The notes under the pieces: generated by a model | What the model saw: the letters and a program-made list of their open reading frames with translations, nothing else | Told to the model about the DNA's origin: nothing | Databases searched by the model: none | NCBI GenBank assembly: GCA_965242985.1 | Contig: OZ251520.1 | Span: forward strand, 142,426 to 206,425 | DNA length: 64,000 nt | Direction of reading: 5' to 3' | From: an uncultured candidatus Porisulfidus sp. | GTDB lineage: Bacteria; Pseudomonadota; Gammaproteobacteria; Poriferisulfidales; Poriferisulfidaceae | Translations under genes and position numbers: made by a program | Shown here: positions 9,335 to 20,526 of the stretch, one piece after another | Layout of the letters: each line of letters starts with the position of its first letter | How positions within the stretch are numbered: position 1 is the first letter of the stretch

Positions 9335-10801
9335 ATGGCCGTCCAATTCCGGGTCGTCCAGCGCCTGCTCGGCTACCTGCTGACCTTCTTCAGCCTCAGC
9401 ATGCTGCCGCCGCTGGCGGTCAGCCTCGGCTACGGCGACGGCGAGGCGTTCTCGTTCTTCTACGCCTTCGTGCTGCTGTCGCTGCTCGGCACCGCGCTGT
9501 GGGTGCAGGCCGCCCACCGCGCGCCCCGGCGCAGCCCGCTGCGGCTGCGCGACGGCTTCATCGTGGTGGCGCTGTTCTGGGTCGGCCTGGGGCTGGCCGG
9601 CGCCGTGCCGCTGTACCTGTCGCCGGCGCTCGGCCTGGCCGCGGTCGACGCCGTCTTCGAGTCGGTCTCCGGCCTGACCACCACCGGCGCGACCATCCTC
9701 GCCGGCCTCGACGCGCTGCCGCCCTCGCTGCTGTTCTACCGCCAGTTCCTGCAGTGGATCGGCGGCCTCGGCATCATCGTGCTGGCGGTGGCGGTGCTGC
9801 CGCTGCTCGGCATGGGCGGCATGCAGCTGTACCACGCCGAGGCGCCGCACGCGCTGGCCGAGCGGCGCCTGACGCCGCGCATCACCGAGACCGCCAAGGT
9901 GCTGTGGCACCTGTACCTGGGCCTGACGGTGGCCTGCGGCCTCGCCTACTGGGCCGCCGGCATGACCCCGTTCGACGCGGCGTGCCACGCCTTCTCGACC
10001 ATCGCCATCGGCGGCTTCTCCACCCACGACGCCAGCTTCGCGCATTTCGACAGCATCGCCGTGGAGGCGGTGGCGATGCTGTTCATGACGCTGGCCGGGG
10101 TCAACTTCGGCCTGCACTACCTGGCGCTCAGCAAGCGCCGCCCGCGCCTGTACGCCGAGGACGGGGAATTCCGCGCCTACGCCGCGGTGCTGCTTTGCAC
10201 CGCCGCCGTGTGCATCGCCTACCTGGCCGCGGCCGGCTTCTACGCCGACCCGGCCGACACCCTGCGCCACGGCCTGTTCCAGACCGTGTCCATCGCCACC
10301 ACCACCGGCTTCACCACCACCGGCTACGACCACTGGCCGGCGTTCGTCTCGACCCTGCTGCTGCTGACCAGCTTCATCGGCGGCTGCATCGGCTCCACCG
10401 GCGGCGGCATGAAGGTGGTGCGCTTCCTGCTGATGATCAAGCACGGCCGCAAGGAGCTGCAGCGCATCCTGCACCCGGCCGCGCAGATCACGGTGAAGAT
10501 CGGCAACCGCGTGATGACCGACAACGCGCTGCAGGCGGTGTGGGGCTTCCTCGCCGCCTACATCACCACCTTCGTGGTGGTGCTGCTGCTGCTGCTGCTG
10601 ACCGGCCTCGACCACGTCACCGCCTTCTCGGCGGTGGCCGCCACCCTCAACAACCTCGGCCCGGGCCTCGGCGCGGTGAGCGAGAACTACGCCGCGGTCC
10701 CCGCCGCCGGCAAGGCGCTGCTGTGCCTCAGCATGCTGTTCGGGCGGCTCGAGGTGTTCACCCTGCTGGTGGTGCTGACGCCGTCGTTCTGGCGGCGCTG
10801 A
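9335..10801 (+). CDS. trkH: Trk potassium uptake membrane protein TrkH
   Basis: Multi-TM protein with repeated GLTTTGAT / TTTGFTTTG selectivity-filter-like motifs. Begins 3 nt after the trkA stop. Confidence 0.9.
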   Translation: MAVQFRVVQRLLGYLLTFFSLSMLPPLAVSLGYGDGEAFSFFYAFVLLSLLGTALWVQAAHRAPRRSPLRLRDGFIVVALFWVGLGLAGAVPLYLSPALGLAAVDAVFESVSGLTTTGATILAGLDALPPSLLFYRQFLQWIGGLGIIVLAVAVLPLLGMGGMQLYHAEAPHALAERRLTPRITETAKVLWHLYLGLTVACGLAYWAAGMTPFDAACHAFSTIAIGGFSTHDASFAHFDSIAVEAVAMLFMTLAGVNFGLHYLALSKRRPRLYAEDGEFRAYAAVLLCTAAVCIAYLAAAGFYADPADTLRHGLFQTVSIATTTGFTTTGYDHWPAFVSTLLLLTSFIGGCIGSTGGGMKVVRFLLMIKHGRKELQRILHPAAQITVKIGNRVMTDNALQAVWGFLAAYITTFVVVLLLLLLTGLDHVTAFSAVAATLNNLGPGLGAVSENYAAVPAAGKALLCLSMLFGRLEVFTLLVVLTPSFWRR

Positions 10802-11343
10802 TGGGACTGCGCGCGCGCTGGAACGCGCGCCGCCGGGCGGCGCGCGCCGATGCGCCGCAACCCTGCGCCCTCTTGGCCGAACAGGCCGCGCTGCTGCCCG
10901 CCGCGGGGCATGCGCTGGACCTCGCCTGCGGCCGCGGCGGCAACGCGCTGTGGCTGGCGCGCCGCGGCTGGACGGTCGACGCCTGGGACCTGTCGGACGC
11001 GGCCGTCGAAGAACTGCGGGCGCGCGCCGCGCGCGAAGGCCTGGACCTGCGCGCCGCGGTCCGCGACGTCATCGCCCGCCCGCCGCCGCCGGACTGCTGC
11101 GACCTGGCGGCGGTGAGCCGTTTCCTGCACCGCCCGCTGCTGCCGGCGCTCGCCGCCGCGGTGCGCCCGGGCGGCCTGCTCGCCTACCAGACGTTCCTCG
11201 CCGGACGCCCCGGCCCCGGCCCGCGCAACCCGGACTACCTGCTGCGCCCGGGCGAACTGCGCGCGCGCTTCGCCGGCTGGGAGGCGCTGCACGACGAAGA
11301 GCGCGGCGGCCAGGCCCTGTGGCTGGCGCGCCGCCCGGGCTAG
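10801..11343 (+). CDS. Small class I SAM-dependent methyltransferase (TehB/tellurite-resistance-like), 180 aa
   Basis: LDLACGRGGNALWLARRGWTVDAWDLS (motif I) and VRPGGLL (post-II). ATG overlaps the trkH stop by 1 nt (TGATG). Convergent 4-nt overlap (CTAG) with lpxL. Confidence 0.7.
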   Translation: MGLRARWNARRRAARADAPQPCALLAEQAALLPAAGHALDLACGRGGNALWLARRGWTVDAWDLSDAAVEELRARAAREGLDLRAAVRDVIARPPPPDCCDLAAVSRFLHRPLLPALAAAVRPGGLLAYQTFLAGRPGPGPRNPDYLLRPGELRARFAGWEALHDEERGGQALWLARRPG

Positions 11344-12227
11344 CGGTACAGCGACGGCGGCTCCATCCGGCGCTTGCGGAAGCGCGGGTAGCTCCACCAG
11401 TACTGCTCGACGGCCTCGCCGATGCAGGCTTCCACGGTGGCGTTGAGGCCGGCGGCGGCGGTCGCCGGCTCCGGCGCATAGACGCGCGCGTCGGCGGGCA
11501 GCACCTCCAGCCGGAAGCCGCCCCGGCGGCGCAGGCAGCGCACCGCCAGCACCGTCACGCCCTGCCGGCGGGCGAGGCGGGCCGCCAGCGCGGCGGTGGC
11601 GGCCGGCACGCCGAAGAACGGCGCCAGCACGCCGTCCTCCAGCCGCCGCGGCGTGTGGTCCGGCAGGATGCCGACCGCCTGCCCGGCCCGCAGGGCCTCG
11701 AGCTGCGCGCGCACGCCGCCGCGGTCGGCCGGCACCAGCACGCCGCCGGTGCGCTCCCGGCCCGCGCGCGCGTAGCGGTCGAGCGCCGGCTGCTTGAGCG
11801 GCCGGTACATGCTGTGCATCTTCACCTCCAGCGCCAGGTACAGCCCGGAGAACTCCCAGTTGCCGAGATGCGGGGTGATCAGGACCACGCCGCCGCCCTT
11901 CGCCTTGGCCCGCTCCAGCAGGTCGAAGCCGGCGGTCTCGACCGCGAGGCGCCGGACGCGCGCCGGCGGCAGCCGCCACAGCCGCGGCGTCTCCAGCAGG
12001 CTGCGGGCTTCGTGGATCAGGCTCTTGCGCGCCGTGTTCTGGTGCCAGGCGTCGTCCCGCCGCGGGAAGCAGGCGCGCAGGTTGATGACCGCGGTGCGGA
12101 AGCGGCGGCCCGGGACGTAGCCCAGCAGCAGGCCCAGAACGCCGCCCAGAAACCGCAGCGCCGGCAGGGGAAGCCGGCCCAGCAGGCGCAGCAGCAGGAT
12201 GAATGCGGAGGCGGACATGTGCGGCAT
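11340..12227 (-). CDS. lpxL: Lipid A biosynthesis lauroyl/myristoyl acyltransferase (LpxL/HtrB family)
   Basis: HLGNWE acyltransferase motif (ITPHLGNWEFSG), N-terminal membrane anchor, about 295 aa. Confidence 0.8.
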   Translation of the reverse strand: MPHMSASAFILLLRLLGRLPLPALRFLGGVLGLLLGYVPGRRFRTAVINLRACFPRRDDAWHQNTARKSLIHEARSLLETPRLWRLPPARVRRLAVETAGFDLLERAKAKGGGVVLITPHLGNWEFSGLYLALEVKMHSMYRPLKQPALDRYARAGRERTGGVLVPADRGGVRAQLEALRAGQAVGILPDHTPRRLEDGVLAPFFGVPAATAALAARLARRQGVTVLAVRCLRRRGGFRLEVLPADARVYAPEPATAAAGLNATVEACIGEAVEQYWWSYPRFRKRRMEPPSLYR

Positions 12228-12414
12228 TCAATAGGATAACACAGGAAGAACGTTGTTTCAATACCGAAATAAAGCAAAATATTGATAAACAATATAATTT
12301 TTTATTTCTATTATCGTTTTTCTATATTAAAATCATCATTTGGAATGGATATGCAATAACATTTAGAATTATAGTATGCTAACATTTGCAAGAAGACTTC
12401 CAGTCCATGCATTC

Positions 12415-13662
12415 ATGAAGAAAAACCTCTATCCGCGCCATGCCGAGCAGAATCTGCTGGCGACGCTGGACGAATCCCCCGCCGTCCTGGTCCACGGCCC
12501 CCGCCAGTGCGGAAAAACCACGCTGGCGCGCATGATCGGAGAAACTCGAGGCTGCCAATTCGTTGATTTTAACCTGCGCGCGCCGCGCGAGAACGCGCGC
12601 AACGACCCGGACGGCTTCGCGGCCGGCCTGCCGGAGCGCGCCATCCTCGACGAAGTGCAGCTCGTGCCCGAACTGTTCGCGGCGCTGCGAGTGGAAATCG
12701 ACCGCCGCCGCGCCCCGGGCCGGTTCCTGATGACCGGCTCCAGCAACGTTCTGCTGTCGCCGAAACTTGCCGATTCTTTGGCGGGCCGCATGGAGATCCT
12801 GGACCTGCACCCGCTGTCGCAGTGCGAACTGGAGCGCGCCGAGCCGGCCTTCCTGGATGCGCTCTTCGCGGCGGACTTCCGGATGCGGACCACCGAGCCG
12901 CTGCTCCGGCAACTCGCGGAGCGCGTCGCAACGGGCGGCTATCCGGCGATCTTCGCGCGGCCATCCGCGCGGGGCCGGAGAAACTGGCATCGCAACTATG
13001 TCCGCATGCTCATGCAGCGCGACATCCGGTCTCTGCAGCGCATTTACTCGCCGGACGCCGTGCCGAAACTGCTGGAGCTGGCCGCCGCGCAGAGCGCCCA
13101 ACTGCTGAACGTGGCCGGAATCGCGTCCAACTTCGAATTGAATCGGCTCACGGTCCGCAGCTACCTGACGCTGCTGCGGAATATCTTCGTGCTGGACCAT
13201 CTGCCCGCGTGGCATCACAAGCGGGGCGCGGGCCTTGTGAAAAGGCCCAAGCAGCATTTCGGCGACACCGGCCTTGCGTGCTTCCTGCTGAAAGCCGGCG
13301 CGGAAGAACTTTACGCGCCGCACTTGGACCGCGCGCTGTTCGGGCGCCTGCTGGAGACTTTCGTGCTGCAGGAATTGCGGCGGCAGGCCAGCGCCGGCCG
13401 AGAGCCGGTGGACTTTTTTCATTACCGGGAGAAATCCGGAGCGGAAGTGGACATCGTGCTCAGCCGCGGCAGCCGCTTGGCGGGCATCGAAGTCAAGGCG
13501 GCCGCCACGGCCGGCGCGGAAGACTTTCGCGGGCTGAAGCGCTTTCGGAAGTTGGCGGGCGAGCGCTTCGCCTGCGGGGCGGTGCTGTATGACGGACACC
13601 ATTGCTTGCGGTTCGGAGACCGGCTTCACGCGGTGCCGATCCGCTGCCTCTGGGAGACGTGA
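12415..13662 (+). CDS. AAA+ ATPase with DUF4143-like C-terminal domain (AAA_14/DUF4143 family)
   Basis: Walker A GPRQCGKTT and Walker B ILDEVQ. C-terminal region is typical of the widespread DUF4143 ATP-binding proteins. Preceded by a 190-bp AT-rich spacer. ATG at 12415 (an alternative ATG lies at 12376). Confidence 0.65.
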   Translation: MKKNLYPRHAEQNLLATLDESPAVLVHGPRQCGKTTLARMIGETRGCQFVDFNLRAPRENARNDPDGFAAGLPERAILDEVQLVPELFAALRVEIDRRRAPGRFLMTGSSNVLLSPKLADSLAGRMEILDLHPLSQCELERAEPAFLDALFAADFRMRTTEPLLRQLAERVATGGYPAIFARPSARGRRNWHRNYVRMLMQRDIRSLQRIYSPDAVPKLLELAAAQSAQLLNVAGIASNFELNRLTVRSYLTLLRNIFVLDHLPAWHHKRGAGLVKRPKQHFGDTGLACFLLKAGAEELYAPHLDRALFGRLLETFVLQELRRQASAGREPVDFFHYREKSGAEVDIVLSRGSRLAGIEVKAAATAGAEDFRGLKRFRKLAGERFACGAVLYDGHHCLRFGDRLHAVPIRCLWET

Positions 13663-13782
13663 CCATGCGGAGGGCATGGACACGCGGCGCTTCCCGGCCA
13701 TGCCGGCGGCCGCCGGCGCGGGCGCGCCCCGGACTCCTTGCGGGCCGGGCGCGGACGCAGTAAAATACGCAATTCCTGCGCC

Positions 13783-15552
<1,770 letters not shown>

Positions 15553-15570
15553 GCGCGCGGGCGCGGCGGA

Positions 15571-15647
15571 GGGCCTGTAGCTCAGTCGGTCAGAGCAGGG
15601 GACTCATAATCCTTTGGTCGCAGGTTCGAATCCTGCCGGGCCCACCA
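15571..15647 (+). tRNA. tRNA with CAT anticodon (elongator tRNA-Met or lysidine-modified tRNA-Ile2), CCA-encoded
   Basis: Cloverleaf reads as acceptor stem GGGCCTG/CGGGCCC, D-arm GCTCAGTCGGTCAGAGC, anticodon loop CTCATAA (CAT), T-arm GCAGGTTCGAATCCTGC, then A and CCA. Body resembles tRNA-Ile2(LAU)-type sequences. Confidence 0.8.
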
Positions 15648-15700
15648 TCTGCTAGAATGCGCCCCCCGGTTCCGGCTTTCCGCACCCGCAACGTCTCCTT

Positions 15701-16132
15701 ATGGTCACCATCCGGCTCGCGCGCGGCGGCGCCAAGAAGCGCCCGTTCTACCACCTGGTGGTCACCGATTCGCGCAAGCCGCGCGACAGCGGCCACTTGG
15801 AGCGGCTCGGCTTCTTCAACCCCATCGCCGGCGGCGGCGAGGAGGAGCTGCGCGTCGATCAGGAGCGCGTGCGGTTCTGGCAGGACCGCGGCGCGCAGAC
15901 CTCCGGGCGCGCCGCGCAGCTGATCCGCCGGCACGCCGAGGCCGGGACCGGCGGCGAAGAAACTCCGCCGGCCGCGGCGGAAAAGACCGCCGAAAAGGCT
16001 GCCGCAAAGGCCGCTGAGGAACCCGCGGCCGCAGCCGCCGCGAAGCCGGCCGCCGAGCCGGCCGCCGAGAAAGCGGCGGCCCCCGAGACGGAGGCGGCCG
16101 CGCCGGCCGAGGCGGAGCCGGCCGCCGACTGA
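15701..16132 (+). CDS. rpsP: 30S ribosomal protein S16 with ~60-aa Ala/Glu/Pro-rich C-terminal extension
   Basis: [22 protein letters not shown]16 core (~82 aa), followed by a low-complexity AAEKAA/PAAEPAA tail. Confidence 0.9.
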   Translation: MVTIRLARGGAKKRPFYHLVVTDSRKPRDSGHLERLGFFNPIAGGGEEELRVDQERVRFWQDRGAQTSGRAAQLIRRHAEAGTGGEETPPAAAEKTAEKAAAKAAEEPAAAAAAKPAAEPAAEKAAAPETEAAAPAEAEPAAD

Positions 16133-16164
16133 GGCGCCCCGCGCCCGGGCCGCGCGCGGCGCGC

Positions 16165-16683
16165 ATGGCGCACGATCCCGACGAAGAACGCGTCGCCTGC
16201 GGCCGGGTGGCCGGCGCGCACGGGGTGCGCGGCTGGCTGCGCGTCCGCTCCGACACCCGCCCGCCCGACAACCTGCTGCGCTATCCCCGCTGGCAGCTGC
16301 GCGGCGGCGGCCGCCGCCTGGACCTGCCGCTGGAGCGCGGCCGCCGCCAGGGGCGGCGGCTGCTCGCCAAGCTCGCGGGGGTCGGCGACCGCGACGCCGC
16401 GGCCGCGCTCGCCGGGCGCGAGATCTGGATCGAGGCGGCGGCGTTCGCGCCGCTGCCGGCGGGCGAGTACTACCACCACCAGCTGCTGGGCCTGGCCGCG
16501 GTCGACCAGCGCGGCGCGCCGCTCGGCCGGGTGGCGCGCATCCTCGAGACCGGCGCGCACGACGTGCTGCTGATCGCGGGCGGGGAGGAGCGGCTGGTGC
16601 CGTACGTCCCGGGCGAGACGGTGCTGGCGGTGGAGCTCGGCGCCGGCCGCATCCGGGTGCGCTGGGACGGCGTCGCGGGCTGA
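16165..16683 (+). CDS. rimM: Ribosome maturation factor RimM
   Basis: Position in the rpsP-rimM-trmD-rplS operon. RimM N-terminal domain (GRVAGAHGVRGWLRV) and PRC barrel. Confidence 0.85.
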   Translation: MAHDPDEERVACGRVAGAHGVRGWLRVRSDTRPPDNLLRYPRWQLRGGGRRLDLPLERGRRQGRRLLAKLAGVGDRDAAAALAGREIWIEAAAFAPLPAGEYYHHQLLGLAAVDQRGAPLGRVARILETGAHDVLLIAGGEERLVPYVPGETVLAVELGAGRIRVRWDGVAG

Positions 16684-16687
16684 GCCG

Positions 16688-17449
16688 ATGCGCTTCGACG
16701 TGCTGTGCCTGCTGCCGGAGATCGTCGAGGCGGCGACCGGCGCGGGCGTGCTCGGCCGGGCGCGCGCCGCCGGCCTGCTCGAGGTCGCCTGCGTCAACCC
16801 CCGCGACCACGCCGGCGACGCCCGGGGCGCGGTCGACGACCGCCCCTACGGCGGCGGCCCCGGCATGGTGCTGCGCTACGAGCCCCTGGCGCGCGCGCAC
16901 GAGGCGGCGCGCGCCGGCCGCGCCGACGCGCGCACGATCGCGCTGACGCCGGACGGCGCGCCGTTCGACCAGGCGGCGGCGCGCGCCGCCGCCGCGGGGC
17001 CGGACCTGATCTTGGTGGCCGGGCGCTACGCCGGCATCGACGAGCGCTTCCTGGCGCGCCGGGTCGACGCGCAGTGGTCGCTCGGCGACTACGTGCTGTC
17101 CGGGGGCGAGCTGGCGGCGGCGGTGGTGATCGACGCCATCGCGCGCTTCCTGCCGGGCGTGCTGGGCGACGCGGAATCCGCCGGGCGCGACACGTTCGCC
17201 GCCGGCCTGCTGGGCTGGCCGCACTACACCCGGCCGGAGACCGCGGGGGGGCTGCGGGTGCCGGGGGTGCTTTTGTCCGGCGATCATGGCAAAATAGAGC
17301 GCTGGCGCAGGCGGCAGGCGCTCGCGCGGACCCGCCGCCGGCGCCCGGACCTGCTGGCGCGGCGGGGGCTGTCCGCGGCGGACCGCGCCCTGCTGGACGA
17401 AATGCCGGAGAACGCCGGCGAGGAGACCGACCGTGAACGAGACGATTGA
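16688..17449 (+). CDS. trmD: tRNA (guanine37-N1)-methyltransferase TrmD
   Basis: MRFDVL...PYGGGPGMV and [19 protein letters not shown] motifs. Confidence 0.9.
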   Translation: MRFDVLCLLPEIVEAATGAGVLGRARAAGLLEVACVNPRDHAGDARGAVDDRPYGGGPGMVLRYEPLARAHEAARAGRADARTIALTPDGAPFDQAAARAAAAGPDLILVAGRYAGIDERFLARRVDAQWSLGDYVLSGGELAAAVVIDAIARFLPGVLGDAESAGRDTFAAGLLGWPHYTRPETAGGLRVPGVLLSGDHGKIERWRRRQALARTRRRRPDLLARRGLSAADRALLDEMPENAGEETDRERDD

Positions 17450-17789
17450 ACAACTGGAGCAGCCGCAGCTGCGCGCCGACCTGGCGGCGGCGGAATTCGC
17501 CCCCGGCGACACGGTGGCGGTGGCGGTGCGGGTGCGCGAGGGCGAGCGCGAGCGCCTGCAGGTGTTCGAGGGCGTGGTCATCGCCCGCCGCAACCGCGGC
17601 CTCAACTCCTCGTTCACGGTGCGCAAGATCTCGCACGGCGAAGGCGTCGAGCGGGTGTTCCAGACGCACAGCCCGCTGATCGATTCGATCCGGGTGCGGC
17701 GGCGCGGCAAGGTGCGCCGCGCCAAGCTCTACTACCTGCGCGGGCGCACCGGCAAGGCCGCCCGCATCAAGGAGCGGCTGTCCGGCTGA
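17433..17789 (+). CDS. rplS: 50S ribosomal protein L19
   Basis: GDTVAV...[31 protein letters not shown] start with AGGAG RBS. Overlaps the trmD end. Confidence 0.9.
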   Translation: MNETIEQLEQPQLRADLAAAEFAPGDTVAVAVRVREGERERLQVFEGVVIARRNRGLNSSFTVRKISHGEGVERVFQTHSPLIDSIRVRRRGKVRRAKLYYLRGRTGKAARIKERLSG

Positions 17790-17790
17790 C

Positions 17791-18324
17791 ATGCTGCGCA
17801 CGGCCGGCTACCAGGCGGTCGCCGCCCCGTTCGGCGCGCACTTCGAGATCGTCTCCGGCCCCGGCGGCATCGAGGCGGTGCGCCTGTCGCTGCGCCGCCC
17901 GCGGCGGCGCGAGGCCGCCAACTTCCTGACCCGCGCCGCGGCCGAGCAGCTGCAGGAGTACTTCGCCGGCGCGCGCGCCGCGTTCGATCTGCCGCTGGCG
18001 CCGTTCGCCGCCGCGGCCCCGCACAGCGCCTACCGCCGGCGCGTGTGGCGCGCCCTGCTCGACATCCCCTACGGCGAGACCCGCACCTACGCGGAACTGG
18101 CGGCCGCGGCCGGCGGCAGCGCGCGCTCGGTCGGCGGCGCCAACGGCGCCAACCCGCTGTGCGTGCTGGTGCCCTGCCACCGGGTGGTGGCGAGCGGCGG
18201 CGGCTTGGGCGGCTACGGCGGCCCCGGCGCTCCGGCGCCGCGGCGCGCGCGGTATCTGGCGGTCAAGCGCGCCCTGCTCGAGCTGGAGGCGGCGGGCGCG
18301 GTCAGCGCGGCCGCAGCAGGCTGA
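17791..18324 (+). CDS. ogt: Methylated-DNA--protein-cysteine methyltransferase (Ogt/MGMT)
   Basis: Active-site PCHRVV motif and IPYGETRTYAELA DNA-binding region. Confidence 0.85.
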   Translation: MLRTAGYQAVAAPFGAHFEIVSGPGGIEAVRLSLRRPRRREAANFLTRAAAEQLQEYFAGARAAFDLPLAPFAAAAPHSAYRRRVWRALLDIPYGETRTYAELAAAAGGSARSVGGANGANPLCVLVPCHRVVASGGGLGGYGGPGAPAPRRARYLAVKRALLELEAAGAVSAAAAG

Positions 18325-19087
18325 GCAGGAACAGCGCCAAGGCCGCGGCGACGATCGCCGGGCCCGCCGGGACGTCCAGCCACAGCGAGGCGTGCAGGCC
18401 GAGGACGGCCGCCGCGACGCCGATGCCGGCGGCGGCCAGCGCCATCTGCTCCGGGGTGCGCGCCAGGGCGCGGGCGGCCGCGGCCGGGATCAGCATCAGC
18501 GCCACGATCAGCAGCATGCCGACCACCTGCACGCCGAGCGCCACCACGCCGGCCACCAGCGCGGTGTAGACCAGCTGGCTGCGCCAGGGCTTGGCGCCCT
18601 CCGCCGCCGCCAGGTCCGGGTGCAGGATCGACGCCACCAGCGGGCGCCAGACCGCGGCCAGCAGCGCCAGGCCGCAGGCGGCGCCGAGCCAGATCGTCGC
18701 CAGGCCGTCGCGGCCGACCGCCAGCACGTCGCCGAACAGCAGGCCGGCCAGGTCGTAGCGGTGGCGGTCCTCGGCCAGCCAGATCGCCATCAGGCCGAAC
18801 GCCAGGGTCGACGGCGCCAGCACGCCGAGCACGGTGTCGCCGGCCAGGCGCCCGAAGCGCCGGGCGGCGAGCAGCGCCAGCGCCACGGCGAGCGCGGTGC
18901 CGAACACCGCCAGGTTCAGCGGCAGGCCGAGCAGCAGGCCGAGCGCCGCGCCGAGCAGCGCCGAGTGGGCCATGGTCTCGCCGAAGTAGGCGCTGCGCTG
19001 CCACAGCAGCACGCAGCCGGCGGGCGGCGCGATCAGCGCCAAGCCGACCGCCGCGGCGAGCGCGCGTGCGAAGAAGTCGTCGAACAC
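18302..19087 (-). CDS. znuB: Zinc ABC transporter permease ZnuB
   Basis: Multi-TM ABC-3 family permease, GTG start, in operon with znuC and zur. Confidence 0.8.
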   Translation of the reverse strand: MFDDFFARALAAAVGLALIAPPAGCVLLWQRSAYFGETMAHSALLGAALGLLLGLPLNLAVFGTALAVALALLAARRFGRLAGDTVLGVLAPSTLAFGLMAIWLAEDRHRYDLAGLLFGDVLAVGRDGLATIWLGAACGLALLAAVWRPLVASILHPDLAAAEGAKPWRSQLVYTALVAGVVALGVQVVGMLLIVALMLIPAAAARALARTPEQMALAAAGIGVAAAVLGLHASLWLDVPAGPAIVAAALALFLLSLLRPR

Positions 19088-19091
19088 CGGC

Positions 19092-19811
19092 TCAGGCGGC
19101 GGCCGGCCGCGGCGCGCGCGCGCAGCACCGCAGATGCCAGTAGGCTTCGGCGTGGTTGCCGAACAGGCGCGCGAACTCGGCGTGCTCGAGCACCTCGTCC
19201 GGGCGCCCCGCGCAGCGCACCTCGCGGTCCAGGCAGACCAGGCGGTCGGTGCCGTCGAGCACGTGCAGCAGGTCGTGGCTGGCGAGCAGCGCGCCGCAGC
19301 CGCGGCCGCGCACCACGTCGCCGAGCAGCGGGTACAGCTCGCGCTCGCCGTTGACGTCGACGCCGCGCAGCGGCTCGTCGAGCACCAGCAGGTCGGGGCG
19401 GCGCGCCAGCGCGCGGGCCAGCATCACGCGCTGCAGCTCGCCGTAGGACAGCCGGTCGATGCGCGCCTCCAGCAGGTGGCCGACGCCGGTCTCGGCCAGC
19501 GCGGCGCGCTCGTCGGCGGCCGGGCGCGGCGCGGTCAGCGACATCATCCGCCGCACCGTCAGCGGCAGGTCGGCGGCGGGCGCGTCCAGCCCCGGCACGT
19601 AGCCGACGCGCACGCCGGCGGCGCGCAGCACGGCGCCGGCCGTGGGCCGCAGCAGGCCGAGCAGCACGCGCAGCAGGGTGCTCTTGCCGGCGCCGTTGGG
19701 GCCGACCAGCGCCACCACCTCGCCGGCGCGCACCGCCAGGTCGACCCCGCGCAGCAGCCAGCGGCCGTCGCGGCGCACGCCGACCTCGCGCCCCTCGATC
19801 AGGGTGTTCAT
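19092..19811 (-). CDS. znuC: Zinc ABC transporter ATP-binding protein ZnuC
   Basis: Walker [10 protein letters not shown], signature LSYGELQR, Walker B LLVLDEP. Start MNTLIEG, placed from the ORF-track frame. Confidence 0.85.
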   Translation of the reverse strand: MNTLIEGREVGVRRDGRWLLRGVDLAVRAGEVVALVGPNGAGKSTLLRVLLGLLRPTAGAVLRAAGVRVGYVPGLDAPAADLPLTVRRMMSLTAPRPAADERAALAETGVGHLLEARIDRLSYGELQRVMLARALARRPDLLVLDEPLRGVDVNGERELYPLLGDVVRGRGCGALLASHDLLHVLDGTDRLVCLDREVRCAGRPDEVLEHAEFARLFGNHAEAYWHLRCCARAPRPAAA

Positions 19812-20314
19812 GCGGCGGCCGCGCAGTCCGGGCAGCGCCCGGAGATCTCGACCGCGCTGGCGCGGAACTCGAAGCGCGCCGCCCGGGCGAGTCCGCGCGC
19901 GGCTTTCTCGAGCGCGCTCCCGGCGCACTCGGCGACGGCGCCGCAGCGCTCGCAGACCAGGAACGCCTGCGCGCACTCGCCGGGCGCGGCGTAGCAGGCG
20001 AGGTAGGCGTTGCGGCTGACGATGCGGTGCGCGAGGCCGAGCGACTCGAGGAAGCGCAGCGCCCGGTAGATCTGCGCCGGCGCCGGGCGGCGGCCGCCCC
20101 AGTCGAAACGCTCGACCAGCTCGTAGGCGCCGAGCGGACGGTGGCTCTGCAGCAGCAGGCGCAGCACCGCGCGGCGGTTGTCGGTCAATTGCGCGCCGCG
20201 CCGCGCGCAGGTCTCGTCGGCGCGCGCCAGCGCGCCGTCGGCGCACGCCCGGTGGTCGTGGCCGGGGGCGGGAAACGGCGCGGGAGCGGGCCGCGGGTCA
20301 GGCTCATTTCTCAT
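19808..20314 (-). CDS. zur: Zinc uptake regulator Zur (Fur family)
   Basis: Fur-family DNA-binding helix ([11 protein letters not shown]), HR..AYL, CxxC pairs (CERCG, CPDC). Stop overlaps the znuC start (ATGA). Confidence 0.8.
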   Translation of the reverse strand: MRNEPDPRPAPAPFPAPGHDHRACADGALARADETCARRGAQLTDNRRAVLRLLLQSHRPLGAYELVERFDWGGRRPAPAQIYRALRFLESLGLAHRIVSRNAYLACYAAPGECAQAFLVCERCGAVAECAGSALEKAARGLARAARFEFRASAVEISGRCPDCAAAA

Positions 20315-20335
20315 GGGAAAGCGCTGGCGGGAGCG

Positions 20336-20360
20336 AAAGCATGTTATAATGTATCATAGC
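20336..20360. promoter_or_regulatory. Candidate Zur box (near-palindrome AAAGCATGTTATAATGTATCATAGC) in the zur/znuA divergent promoter region
   Basis: AT-rich imperfect palindrome ATGTTATAATGTATCAT resembling the Zur-box consensus TGTTATAWTATAACA, lying ~25 nt upstream of the zur start and ~170 nt upstream of znuA. Confidence 0.45.
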
Positions 20361-20526
20361 GGCCGGGATCATGCCTCATTGGACAAGTCCTCGCGCCGCC
20401 CGGGCGGCCTCACTGGGGCTGTCCGAGATGACCGCTGCAGAAATCCAATAAATCATTGTTTTAGTTTATTTATTCTGCATCCCTTGCCGCAGTGAGCAAA
20501 CTGCTACTCAATCTCCCTATAAACTC

